This document shows, one piece after another, positions 20,351 to 29,346 of a stretch of DNA of 64,000 nucleotides. The position numbers and the translations under genes were made by a program. This stretch comes from Actinomycetota bacterium (GTDB taxonomy: Bacteria; Actinomycetota; Actinomycetes; Actinomycetales; Microbacteriaceae). The notes under the pieces were generated by a model. The model saw nothing but the letters and a program-made list of their open reading frames with translations, searched no databases and was not told the origin of the DNA. Position 1 is the first letter of the stretch; every line of letters begins with the position of its first letter. The DNA lies in the NCBI GenBank assembly GCA_009921165.1, contig RFYI01000002.1, positions 234-64,233 on the forward strand. Reading direction: 5' to 3'.

Positions 20351-23077
20351 TTGTCCGTTAACAATCAGGACGCTTTCGCAAGCAGCAACCCAGATCAAGA
20401 TCCAGAAGAAACTCGTGAATGGCTAGAATCGCTTGATGCCGTAGCAAGAGTTCACGGTCGTAACCGTGCTCGAGAAATTATGTTGAACTTACTGAGACGT
20501 TCTCATGAACTTCAGCTAAATGTTCCATCGATTCCAACTACGGATTACATCAATACCATTGCCACTTCTGATGAACCAGAATTTCCAGGCGACGAATCTA
20601 TCGAGAGAACTTATCGCGCTTGGATGCGCTGGAACGCTGCCATCTTGGTGCACAGAGCACAACGACCAGGGATCGCAGTCGGTGGACACATTTCAACTTT
20701 CGCATCCTCAGCTTCTTTGTATGAAGTTGGTTTCAACCATTTCTTCAAAGGACAAGATCACGCTTCTGGTGGAGATCAGATTTTTATTCAGGGCCATGCC
20801 AGTCCTGGTCCTTATGCCAGAGCTTTTCTTGAAGGTCGTCTAAGCGAAGACCAGCTAAATGGTTTTAGACAAGAAAAGTCTCATGCCGGTGGTGGACTAT
20901 CTTCATATCCTCATCCACGCCTAATGCCAGAATTCTGGCAGTTCCCTACCGTGTCGATGGGTATCGGTCCTATAAACGCAATCTACCAAGCGCAATTCAA
21001 TCGCTATCTTGCGGGTAGAAACTTCAAAGACACAGCGGAGCAACATGTTTGGGCTTTCTTGGGCGATGGTGAACTAGATGAAGTTGAATCTCGAGGGGCA
21101 CTGCAACTAGCTGCCAACGATGGATTAGACAATCTAACTTTTGTTGTGAACTGCAACCTGCAAAGACTCGATGGTCCAGTTCGCGGTAACGGAAAGATTA
21201 TTCAGGAACTTGAATCCTTCTTTCGAGGAGCCGGTTGGAATGTTATTAAAGTGGTTTGGGGTCGCGAGTGGGACTCTCTACTAAGCGCTGATACCGATGG
21301 TGCTCTTGTCAATCTAATGAATGAAACACCTGACGGTGATTTCCAAACATACAAAACTATGGATGGTGGCTTCATTAGAGAAAACTTCTTCGGACGTGAT
21401 CCAAGAACAGCAAAACTAGTCGAATCAATGACCGATGAACAGATTTGGACATTGAAGCGTGGTGGTCACGACTACCGCAAGATTTACGCGGCTTACGCAG
21501 CAGCCTTAGCGCATAAAGGCCAACCAACAGTAATCCTGGCTAAAACCATCAAGGGTTATGGCTTAGGTAAATCTTTTGAAGGTAGAAATGCCACCCACCA
21601 AATGAAGAAGTTGACACTGGAAAACTTGAAGTCTTTTAGAGATGACCTGCAAATTCCAGTCACCGATTCGCAACTCGAGGCAGACCCTTACCAGCCGCCT
21701 TACTTCAGACCTGCACCAGGTACTCCTGAAATTGATTACATGCACGAGCGTCGCAAAGCTCTAGGAGGATATCTGCCTGAGCGAAGAAGTAAATATGTTT
21801 CTTTCGAGCTTCCTGAAGAAAAAGTTTGGGATGTCGCTAAGGGTGGTTCAGGTACCCAAGGTGTTGCCACAACAATGGCTTTCGTGCGTTTGCTAAAGGA
21901 CCTTCTAAGAACTCCTGAGCTCGGGCCAAGAATTGTTCCAATCATTCCTGATGAAGCCAGAACTTTTGGAATGGACGCGTTCTTCCCTACTGCCAAAATC
22001 TACAACCCTCGCGGACAGCACTACATTTCAGTTGACCGCGATCTCTTGCTTTCGTATAAGGAAAGCGAAGCAGGTCAGATTTTACACACCGGTATTAATG
22101 AAGCGGGATCTGTCGCTGCATTTACCGCAGTAGCAACTTCTTACGCGACGCAAGGTCAACCAATGATCCCGTTCTACGTTTTCTACTCGATGTTTGGATT
22201 CCAAAGAACTGCAGACGCTATTTGGGCTGCCACAGATCAGCTCTCTAGAGGATTCATGATTGGTGCTACTGCTGGTAGGACTACTCTTACCGGTGAAGGG
22301 CTGCAGCATGCTGACGGGCACTCACCAATCCTGGCAGCGACCAACACCGGTGTGATAACTTACGACCCGGCTTACGGATACGAAATCGGACACATAATCA
22401 AGTCTGGCCTCGAGAGAATGTATGGCGGAACACATCCAGATCCAAACGTGATCTACTACATAACCGTATACAACGAGCCAATCCTGCAACCTGTTGAACC
22501 AGAGAACGTAGACGTTGATGGAATCCAGAGAGGTATCCATCGCATTAGTGTTGGACAAGGCTCAGGAAAGAAGGCGCAGATTCTTGCTTCGGGTGTTGCT
22601 GTTCCTTGGGCCTATGAAGCACAGCAACTACTCCTCGAAGACTGGAATATTTCAGCCGACATCTGGTCTGTTACCTCGTGGAGCGAACTGCGTCGTGACG
22701 CACTAGCTTGCGATGAAAGGAAGTTCCTTTATCCAAACGAGGTAGCTCCGCTGCCATACGTCACCAACAAACTCGCTGGAGCTCCGGGTCCATTCCTTGG
22801 TGTGAGTGATTACATGCATCAAGTCACCGACCAAATCCGTAAGTGGATCCCAGGCGAGTATGCAACTCTTGGCGCTGATGGATTCGGTTTCTCTGATACC
22901 AGAGCAGCAGCGCGACGAGCATTCAAAATCGACGGACCTTCTATAGTTGTTCGAGTTCTTGAACAACTTGCTTCACGTGGCGATGTCGCTCCTCACATAC
23001 CACAACTAGCTATTGATAAATATCGTTTGCTCGATGTGACAGCTGGGACTTCAGGTACTTCAGGTGGAGACGCCTAA
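20351..23077 (+). CDS. aceE: Pyruvate dehydrogenase E1, homodimeric
   Basis: [26 protein letters not shown] motif, [21 protein letters not shown]; start placed at TTG 20351 after a GAGG SD. Confidence 0.97.
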   Translation: MSVNNQDAFASSNPDQDPEETREWLESLDAVARVHGRNRAREIMLNLLRRSHELQLNVPSIPTTDYINTIATSDEPEFPGDESIERTYRAWMRWNAAILVHRAQRPGIAVGGHISTFASSASLYEVGFNHFFKGQDHASGGDQIFIQGHASPGPYARAFLEGRLSEDQLNGFRQEKSHAGGGLSSYPHPRLMPEFWQFPTVSMGIGPINAIYQAQFNRYLAGRNFKDTAEQHVWAFLGDGELDEVESRGALQLAANDGLDNLTFVVNCNLQRLDGPVRGNGKIIQELESFFRGAGWNVIKVVWGREWDSLLSADTDGALVNLMNETPDGDFQTYKTMDGGFIRENFFGRDPRTAKLVESMTDEQIWTLKRGGHDYRKIYAAYAAALAHKGQPTVILAKTIKGYGLGKSFEGRNATHQMKKLTLENLKSFRDDLQIPVTDSQLEADPYQPPYFRPAPGTPEIDYMHERRKALGGYLPERRSKYVSFELPEEKVWDVAKGGSGTQGVATTMAFVRLLKDLLRTPELGPRIVPIIPDEARTFGMDAFFPTAKIYNPRGQHYISVDRDLLLSYKESEAGQILHTGINEAGSVAAFTAVATSYATQGQPMIPFYVFYSMFGFQRTADAIWAATDQLSRGFMIGATAGRTTLTGEGLQHADGHSPILAATNTGVITYDPAYGYEIGHIIKSGLERMYGGTHPDPNVIYYITVYNEPILQPVEPENVDVDGIQRGIHRISVGQGSGKKAQILASGVAVPWAYEAQQLLLEDWNISADIWSVTSWSELRRDALACDERKFLYPNEVAPLPYVTNKLAGAPGPFLGVSDYMHQVTDQIRKWIPGEYATLGADGFGFSDTRAAARRAFKIDGPSIVVRVLEQLASRGDVAPHIPQLAIDKYRLLDVTAGTSGTSGGDA

Positions 23078-23080
23078 AGC

Positions 23081-24001
23081 ATGTTAGTCATTCTCTGTCC
23101 GGGTCAAGGTGCTCAGAAACCTGGGTTTATGAACTCCTGGCTGGAGTTACCTGAGTACCGTGAGTCAATCGAATCAATGGCTGCAACTATTGACATTGAC
23201 TTGATCAAACACGGCTCAATCAGTGACGAAGAAACAATTCGAGATACCGCTATTGCCCAGCCTCTGATTGTCAGTGCAAGTATCGCAACTGCAAAGCTCC
23301 TGGACCTGTCAAAAGTTCATGGCGTAGCTGGTCACTCAGTTGGCGAGGTTAGCGCTGCGCAAATAGCAGGAATTCTCAATCAAGAGCAAGCCATTCAACT
23401 AGTGAGCTTGCGGGCTAAATCAATGGCAAAGGCTGCAGCGGAAAGTGAAAAGACTAGCATGGCAGCTGTCCTAGGCGGAGCAGCTGAAACGGTTTTGTCT
23501 CGTCTTGTGGAGCTGAATCTAACTCCTGCAAACTACAACGGCGCTGGACAGATAGTTGCAGCTGGCGCTGCAGATTCAATTCAGAAACTTGTTGCAGAAG
23601 GCCCGCAAGGTTCCAAAGTAATTCCACTTAGCGTTGCGGGAGCTTTTCACACACAGTACATGTTCCCAGCAGTTAGCACTCTTAGTGAATTTGTTGCAAC
23701 ACTTGAAGTGAACGATCCAAATAAAAGTATCTGGTCAAACCAATCGGGGCAACTTGTTTCCAAAGGTTCTGAATTCTTAAATCTTCTGGTTGGTCAAGTC
23801 GCTTCTTCTGTGCGATGGGATCTTTGCATGGAAGCCATGTTAGCCGCTGGTGTCACTTCAGTGATTGAAGTCTCACCTGCTGGAACACTTTCCGGACTTG
23901 CAAAGCGCGGCATGCCGGGAGTTGAAATTGTAGCTTTGAAGGAACCTAAGGATCTAGAAGTTGCACAAGATTTAATTAGCCGAACGAATGAGGGTAAATG
24001 A
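23081..24001 (+). CDS. fabD: ACP S-malonyltransferase
   Basis: PGQGAQ, GHSVG, AGAFH. Confidence 0.95.
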   Translation: MLVILCPGQGAQKPGFMNSWLELPEYRESIESMAATIDIDLIKHGSISDEETIRDTAIAQPLIVSASIATAKLLDLSKVHGVAGHSVGEVSAAQIAGILNQEQAIQLVSLRAKSMAKAAAESEKTSMAAVLGGAAETVLSRLVELNLTPANYNGAGQIVAAGAADSIQKLVAEGPQGSKVIPLSVAGAFHTQYMFPAVSTLSEFVATLEVNDPNKSIWSNQSGQLVSKGSEFLNLLVGQVASSVRWDLCMEAMLAAGVTSVIEVSPAGTLSGLAKRGMPGVEIVALKEPKDLEVAQDLISRTNEGK

Positions 24002-25002
24002 GCCACGCAAAACTTAACCAATTTGAAGCGGTCAACTTCAGTCGTATTTATTCACTCGGTGCTGCTCGAGGTAACCTAGTAGTAACCAATGACGACATCG
24101 CTGGCCCTATTGACTCGAGCGATGAATGGATTCGCCAACGCACCGGAATCATCACGAGAAGAAGAGCTGGTATAGACCAGTCGCTGATGGACATGGCAAT
24201 TATGGCGTCAAATGAAGCTATCTTGAAAGCTGGAATAGAACCTAAAGAAATCGGCGCAGTAATCTTCAGCACTATTTCTCATCCATATCAAACGCCATCC
24301 GCTGCGGCACTTCTAGCTGACAAGATTGGTGCTAATCCCGCCCCGGCTTTTGATATTTCCGCGGCCTGCGCTGGTTATTGCTACGGAATCGCTCAAGCTG
24401 ACGCACTAGTGCGAGCTGGTGTCGCTAAATTTGTCTTGGTCGTTGGTGGCGAAAAGCTTAGTGATTTTATTGATCCAACCGATCGTTCAATTTCATTCCT
24501 GCTTGCAGATGGAGCAGGAGCTGCAATAGTCGGTCCCTCTGACGAGCCTGGTATTTCCCCGACAGTTTGGGGCTCAGACGGCTCACACTGGGACTCGGTT
24601 AGCATGACCGCCTCACTATTAGATTTCCGAGACGGGGAAGCCAGCTGGCCCACGCTACGACAAGATGGCTTGACCGTCTTCAAATGGGCTGTTTGGGAGA
24701 TGGTGAAAGTTGCCAAGGAAGCTCTTGATGTTGCAGGCATCAAAGCTGAGGATCTAGCAGCTCTGGTACCCCACCAAGCCAATATTCGGATCATCGATGA
24801 GTTAGTAAAGCAGCTGAAACTACCTGAAAGCGTTGTTGTAGCTAGAGACATAGTGAATACCGGGAATACCTCGGCTGCCAGCGTTCCACTGGCGATGCAC
24901 CAATTACTCAAGGACGGCAGCGTTAAATCGGGTGGTTTAGCCCTACAGATTGGCTTCGGAGCAGGTCTCGCCTTCGCGGCTCAAGTGGTAGTTCTGCCCT
25001 AA
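23998..25002 (+). CDS. fabH: Beta-ketoacyl-ACP synthase III
   Basis: AACAG, PHQAN, GNTSAAS catalytic C-H-N. Confidence 0.96.
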   Translation: MSHAKLNQFEAVNFSRIYSLGAARGNLVVTNDDIAGPIDSSDEWIRQRTGIITRRRAGIDQSLMDMAIMASNEAILKAGIEPKEIGAVIFSTISHPYQTPSAAALLADKIGANPAPAFDISAACAGYCYGIAQADALVRAGVAKFVLVVGGEKLSDFIDPTDRSISFLLADGAGAAIVGPSDEPGISPTVWGSDGSHWDSVSMTASLLDFRDGEASWPTLRQDGLTVFKWAVWEMVKVAKEALDVAGIKAEDLAALVPHQANIRIIDELVKQLKLPESVVVARDIVNTGNTSAASVPLAMHQLLKDGSVKSGGLALQIGFGAGLAFAAQVVVLP

Positions 25003-25042
25003 ACTTTATCTAGTAAATCTAAACAATCAAGGAGCAAAATTA

Positions 25043-25291
25043 ATGGCACTTTCGCATGACGAAGTACTAGCAGGTCTAGCAGAGATCGTTAACGAAGAGA
25101 CCGGTATCGACACTGATTCAGTGAAGATGGAGAAGTCTTTCACCAACGACCTAGACATTGACTCAATTTCAATGATGACCATCGTCGTAAACGCAGAAGA
25201 GAAATTCAGCGTAAAGATCCCCGACGAAGAAGTGAAGAACCTACTAACTGTGGGCGATGCTGTCAACTTCATCACCTCAGCACAGGGCTAA
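25043..25291 (+). CDS. acpP: Acyl carrier protein
   Basis: DLDIDSISM phosphopantetheine site; acidic 82 aa. Confidence 0.96.
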   Translation: MALSHDEVLAGLAEIVNEETGIDTDSVKMEKSFTNDLDIDSISMMTIVVNAEEKFSVKIPDEEVKNLLTVGDAVNFITSAQG

Positions 25292-25297
25292 TAACTC

Positions 25298-26536
25298 TTG
25301 AACAAAAAAGTCGTCGTCACCGGGATAGGAGCAACCACTCCTCTCGGTGGTGACGCATCATCAACTTGGCAAGCACTTCTTGCAGGTGAATCTGGAATAA
25401 GTACCCTGGAGTATGAGTGGATTGCAAGGCACGAACTGCCAGTCACCTTTGCAGGTCAAGCCAAAGTCAAAGCTGCAGAAGTTCTAACGCTTCAAGAAAC
25501 CAAGCGATTAGATCCCTCAAGCCAGTTTGCACTAATCGCCGCACGTGAAGCTTGGGCTGACGCCGGTATTACTGATTTTGTTCCAGAGCGACTCTCGGTC
25601 GAGTTTGCCACCGGCATCGGTGGTGTTTGGACGCTTCTAGACGCTTACGACACTCTGCTGGAGAAAGGGCCGCGCAGAGTCCTACCTATGACGGTTCCTA
25701 TGCTGATGCCTAACGGACCAGCAGCAGCAATCGGAATGGACATCTCTGCCCGTGGTGGAGTTAGAACATCGGTTTCAGCTTGTGCTTCGGGCACCGAAGC
25801 TATCGCCAATGCAATCACGAGATTGCATTCAGGTGAAATTGATATCGTAGTTGCAGGTGGCTGTGAAGCTGCCATGCATCCTCTCCCAATGGCAGCGTTC
25901 GCATCAATGCATGCTCTTTCTCGCCGTAACGATGAACCAACCAAAGCTTCTAGACCATATGACATCAACCGAGATGGCTTCGTAATGGGTGAAGGCGCTG
26001 GTGCTCTAGTACTTGAGACCGAAGAACACGCGCTTGCTCGAGGAGCAAAAATATACGCAGAGCTCGCTGGTGGTTATGTAACCAGCGATGCCCATCACAT
26101 TACTGCACCAGACCCCGAAGGAACAGCGGCCGCCAGGGCTGTTATTGGGGCTTTAAGAATGGCTGGCGCGCTACCGACTGATGTTGGACACATCAATGCT
26201 CACGCAACTAGCACTCCGGTAGGAGATATCGCGGAATACACCGCGCTAAAAAGAGTCTTTGGTGATCACTTGAAAGAGATTCCGCTATCTGCAACCAAAT
26301 CATCAACAGGGCATCTACTAGGCGGAGCTGGAGCAATTGAGGCGGTCTTTACAGTCCTAGCGCTTCATCACAGAACTGCGCCGCCAACATTAAATCTTGA
26401 TAATCCAGATCCAGCTATCGATCTTGATGTTGTCGTGGCACCCCGAACACTCGGCGAAAATGTCTTAGCCATTTCAAACTCATTTGGGTTTGGCGGGCAC
26501 AATGCAGTGATTGCTTTCCGTTCATATAATCAGTAG
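25298..26536 (+). CDS. fabF: Beta-ketoacyl-ACP synthase II
   Basis: SACAS, NAHATST, GHLLG, NSFGFGG; TTG start. Confidence 0.96.
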   Translation: MNKKVVVTGIGATTPLGGDASSTWQALLAGESGISTLEYEWIARHELPVTFAGQAKVKAAEVLTLQETKRLDPSSQFALIAAREAWADAGITDFVPERLSVEFATGIGGVWTLLDAYDTLLEKGPRRVLPMTVPMLMPNGPAAAIGMDISARGGVRTSVSACASGTEAIANAITRLHSGEIDIVVAGGCEAAMHPLPMAAFASMHALSRRNDEPTKASRPYDINRDGFVMGEGAGALVLETEEHALARGAKIYAELAGGYVTSDAHHITAPDPEGTAAARAVIGALRMAGALPTDVGHINAHATSTPVGDIAEYTALKRVFGDHLKEIPLSATKSSTGHLLGGAGAIEAVFTVLALHHRTAPPTLNLDNPDPAIDLDVVVAPRTLGENVLAISNSFGFGGHNAVIAFRSYNQ

Positions 26537-27025
26537 CTAGCCTGCTCTATTTAGTAGCACAACGTTATCGCCATACTTGGCAGCCCTGAATGGCTCGAGT
26601 ATGTCATCCCAAGACTGCCCAAGTGCAAGTCTTAGCAATCGAGTGAATTCTCGATGGTTTCCTGAAGACTGATCTAAAAGAGTTTGCAACTTGTCCTGAG
26701 TTAAAGTCAGAACTCCTGCGGCGTTCAGTTCGCCCCGAAAAAGTCCCAGCCCTGGGACAAACATATAAATAATGCCGGAGTGCTTTGTATATTGAATGAT
26801 TTCAAAGTGTAAGAATCCATTGTGTGCGAGCATGGATGCCATGTCATCGAGTTGCAATAGTGATGCTTTGAAAGAAACCTCTGCCGAATAGGTCCCAGGC
26901 AGCAGCAGCTGACTGTCCAACTCGGCCTCCAACCCCAGTTCTCGAAGCTGGACTGAGATATCATCAGTTTGTTCGGACGGACAGGAGTGAATCACTAAGG
27001 TCGTGTCAAAAAGACCCTTTGACAT
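26537..27025 (-). CDS. DUF3145-like protein (divergent)
   Basis: IHSCP, PGLGLF, LGQSWDDILEPFR; convergent with fabF as usual; ATG 27025 after GGAGG SD. Confidence 0.8.
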   Translation of the reverse strand: MSKGLFDTTLVIHSCPSEQTDDISVQLRELGLEAELDSQLLLPGTYSAEVSFKASLLQLDDMASMLAHNGFLHFEIIQYTKHSGIIYMFVPGLGLFRGELNAAGVLTLTQDKLQTLLDQSSGNHREFTRLLRLALGQSWDDILEPFRAAKYGDNVVLLNRAG

Positions 27026-27183
27026 TGTTTTCCTCCGAATCTCAACTTGAAAGTGCGTCTTCCCCAACGTCCTTCTGAGTTTCAGAGACTTATAGGTTAC
27101 GACTATGGGCCTAAATGCGCAATTCCTAACTGACTGCTGGCTAGCATTGGAATAGACCTCAGAAGGCTTATGAAAGGGCTCAA

Positions 27184-27780
27184 ATGGCCAAGCTCTACTT
27201 CCGTTATGGTGCGATGAACAGTGGCAAGAGCACGGCTTTATTACAGGTTGCTCATAACTATGAAGAGCGCAGTCAGCAAGTGCTGATTGCTAAGCCGGCT
27301 GTTGATACTAAGGGTGAGGCAACAATAGTTTCAAGATTAGGTGTCGACCGCAGAGTAGATTTCTTGGTGACTCCTAATGACAACCTAAGGGAGTTAGCAC
27401 ACGAGCACGCTAACAATGGCTTGATCATCCCAGGCATCAAGAATCTTTCTTGTTTGCTCATAGATGAGGCCCAATTTCTAACCAGGAATCAAGTTGACCA
27501 AGCATTTGAACTAGCCGTGCTCGATGGGGTCCCAGTATTGGCTTTTGGCATCAGAACCGACTTCCTAACCAATGGATTCCCAGGGTCGCTTCGGTTGATG
27601 GAACTATCACACTCCCTCGAAGAATTAAAGACGATTTGCCGCTGTGGTAGAAAAGCAATGTTCAATGGAAGAAAATTTGATGGAGAATTTATTTTTCACG
27701 GCGACCAGGTAGCCATCGACGGCGTAGCAGTTACTTATGAATCTCTCTGCGGTGTCTGCTACCTAAACGAACGTGGCTAA
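27184..27780 (+). CDS. tdk: Thymidine kinase
   Basis: AKLYFRYGAMNSGKST, IDEAQF, FPGS, ICRCG...SLC zinc site. Confidence 0.96.
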   Translation: MAKLYFRYGAMNSGKSTALLQVAHNYEERSQQVLIAKPAVDTKGEATIVSRLGVDRRVDFLVTPNDNLRELAHEHANNGLIIPGIKNLSCLLIDEAQFLTRNQVDQAFELAVLDGVPVLAFGIRTDFLTNGFPGSLRLMELSHSLEELKTICRCGRKAMFNGRKFDGEFIFHGDQVAIDGVAVTYESLCGVCYLNERG

Positions 27781-29346
27781 ATGGCTCAGCACTTCCACGG
27801 TGGCTCTATTTACCAAGGTCTCGGTTCTTACGCAAACGAGTTATTCGTAAACGACTTGGGATTTGTCTGTGACAAGGAAGCATTTGAAAAATCAGAGGTT
27901 CAGGAACATCTATCAATAGATGGCAAAATGCTTGTACCGGGATTTCGAGACACCCATTCACATCCTTTATTTGCTGGCCGAGAAGCCCAAGGATTAGACA
28001 TAACCCACATTCACAGTCTCGACGAGCTGGGAGCTAAGCTTCGAATTTATCGAAACGAGAATCCTCAGTTAATCTGGCTAGACGCTGCTGTCTACGACAG
28101 AGCTATGGAGGGTAACCTCACCAGGCATTCTCTGGATGCTTTTGTATCGGATATCCCAGTGGTGCTGCACGCTGATGATCACCACACATTGTGGGTTAAC
28201 ACGAAGGCCTTAGAAGTTGCCGGACTAATGGGGGCTCCCCTGCCAGTTCTTTCGTCAGGCAGGATCGATGTCGATCAACAAGGAAATCCAACTGGAATGC
28301 TTCGAGAGTGGCCGGCAATGTCGTTAGTAATGGATTTAGCTCCAGCAAGCACACTGCAACAAGATGTTGTTGCGCTGCTATGGGCTGAAAGTCAACTTAT
28401 TCAACATGGAATAGTGCAATGCCAAGACGCCTGGATAGATCGGGGTATGGCAGAAGTATATATCGAAGCTGCTAAGCAGGGTTTGCTAAGACTTGAATAC
28501 AGCTTGGCTTTTAGGGCAGATGTGACAACATTTCAAAATGATTTTGAGTACTTCTTGAGTTTGCGGCAAGAACTTGGCCAAAGCCAATTATTAAAAGCAC
28601 AGGCAATCAAATTCTTCGTTGACGGCGTCTTTGGAAGTGCTACTGCATCTGTTTCTGAGGCTTATCTTTCTTCGAATAGCTTCGGCGAACTCATTTGGTC
28701 AGAGAATCAATTGGTAGAGGCCATCTCCTTGTCTCATGAAAATGGTTTCCAAGTCCACATTCACGCCATCGGCGATGCTGGAGTTGCTTTTGCTTTGAAA
28801 GCCCTAGCTACAGCTAGTCCTTGCCCAAGAGGCCTTGAGCCTGTGATAGCCCATGCCGAACTAACGACAAAGAATTTGCTGATTGCGGCAAAGGCGCAAA
28901 GAATTAACCTTTGTATGCAGCCGTACTGGGCTCAAAATAATGGCATGTTACTCTCATGTCGAGATCACCTAGGTGATTCCAGACTCAATTCGCTCTACGC
29001 CATTCGTGACATGATCAGAGCTGGAATTAATGTTTCTTTTTCCTCAGATTGGCCTGTTTCAACCCCAAGCGTATTGAATGGTATAGCTGTGGCGGTCTAT
29101 AGAAAAGGTGCTGCTGAAATGGAAGCACATAATCCAACTCAAGCCATTTCTCTGGAGCAAGCTATCGACGCATACACAGTTGCATCCTGCCGACTCTTAG
29201 GCAAAGACCAAACTGGAACTCTCACAATAGGACAACCATTTGATGCAACCTTGATTGATCGAAACCTAAAGCAGGAGGACCTCGACGGTTTTTTGTCCGC
29301 CAAGGTCCTCGCAACTTATAAAGTAGGCAAAAACTTACTTGTATAG
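27781..29346 (+). CDS. Amidohydrolase family 3 (YtcJ-like)
   Basis: PGFRDTHSH, KFFVDG, HAIGD, AHAE, SSDWP. Confidence 0.88.
   Translation: MAQHFHGGSIYQGLGSYANELFVNDLGFVCDKEAFEKSEVQEHLSIDGKMLVPGFRDTHSHPLFAGREAQGLDITHIHSLDELGAKLRIYRNENPQLIWLDAAVYDRAMEGNLTRHSLDAFVSDIPVVLHADDHHTLWVNTKALEVAGLMGAPLPVLSSGRIDVDQQGNPTGMLREWPAMSLVMDLAPASTLQQDVVALLWAESQLIQHGIVQCQDAWIDRGMAEVYIEAAKQGLLRLEYSLAFRADVTTFQNDFEYFLSLRQELGQSQLLKAQAIKFFVDGVFGSATASVSEAYLSSNSFGELIWSENQLVEAISLSHENGFQVHIHAIGDAGVAFALKALATASPCPRGLEPVIAHAELTTKNLLIAAKAQRINLCMQPYWAQNNGMLLSCRDHLGDSRLNSLYAIRDMIRAGINVSFSSDWPVSTPSVLNGIAVAVYRKGAAEMEAHNPTQAISLEQAIDAYTVASCRLLGKDQTGTLTIGQPFDATLIDRNLKQEDLDGFLSAKVLATYKVGKNLLV

Noticed and set aside
24393-24911. 172-aa minus-strand ORF, and similar shadow ORFs at 48328-49140, 55861-56256, 59058-59531 and 60423-60878
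   Set aside because: Antisense shadows of well-supported conserved genes, with Ser/Thr-rich composition typical of the non-coding strand.
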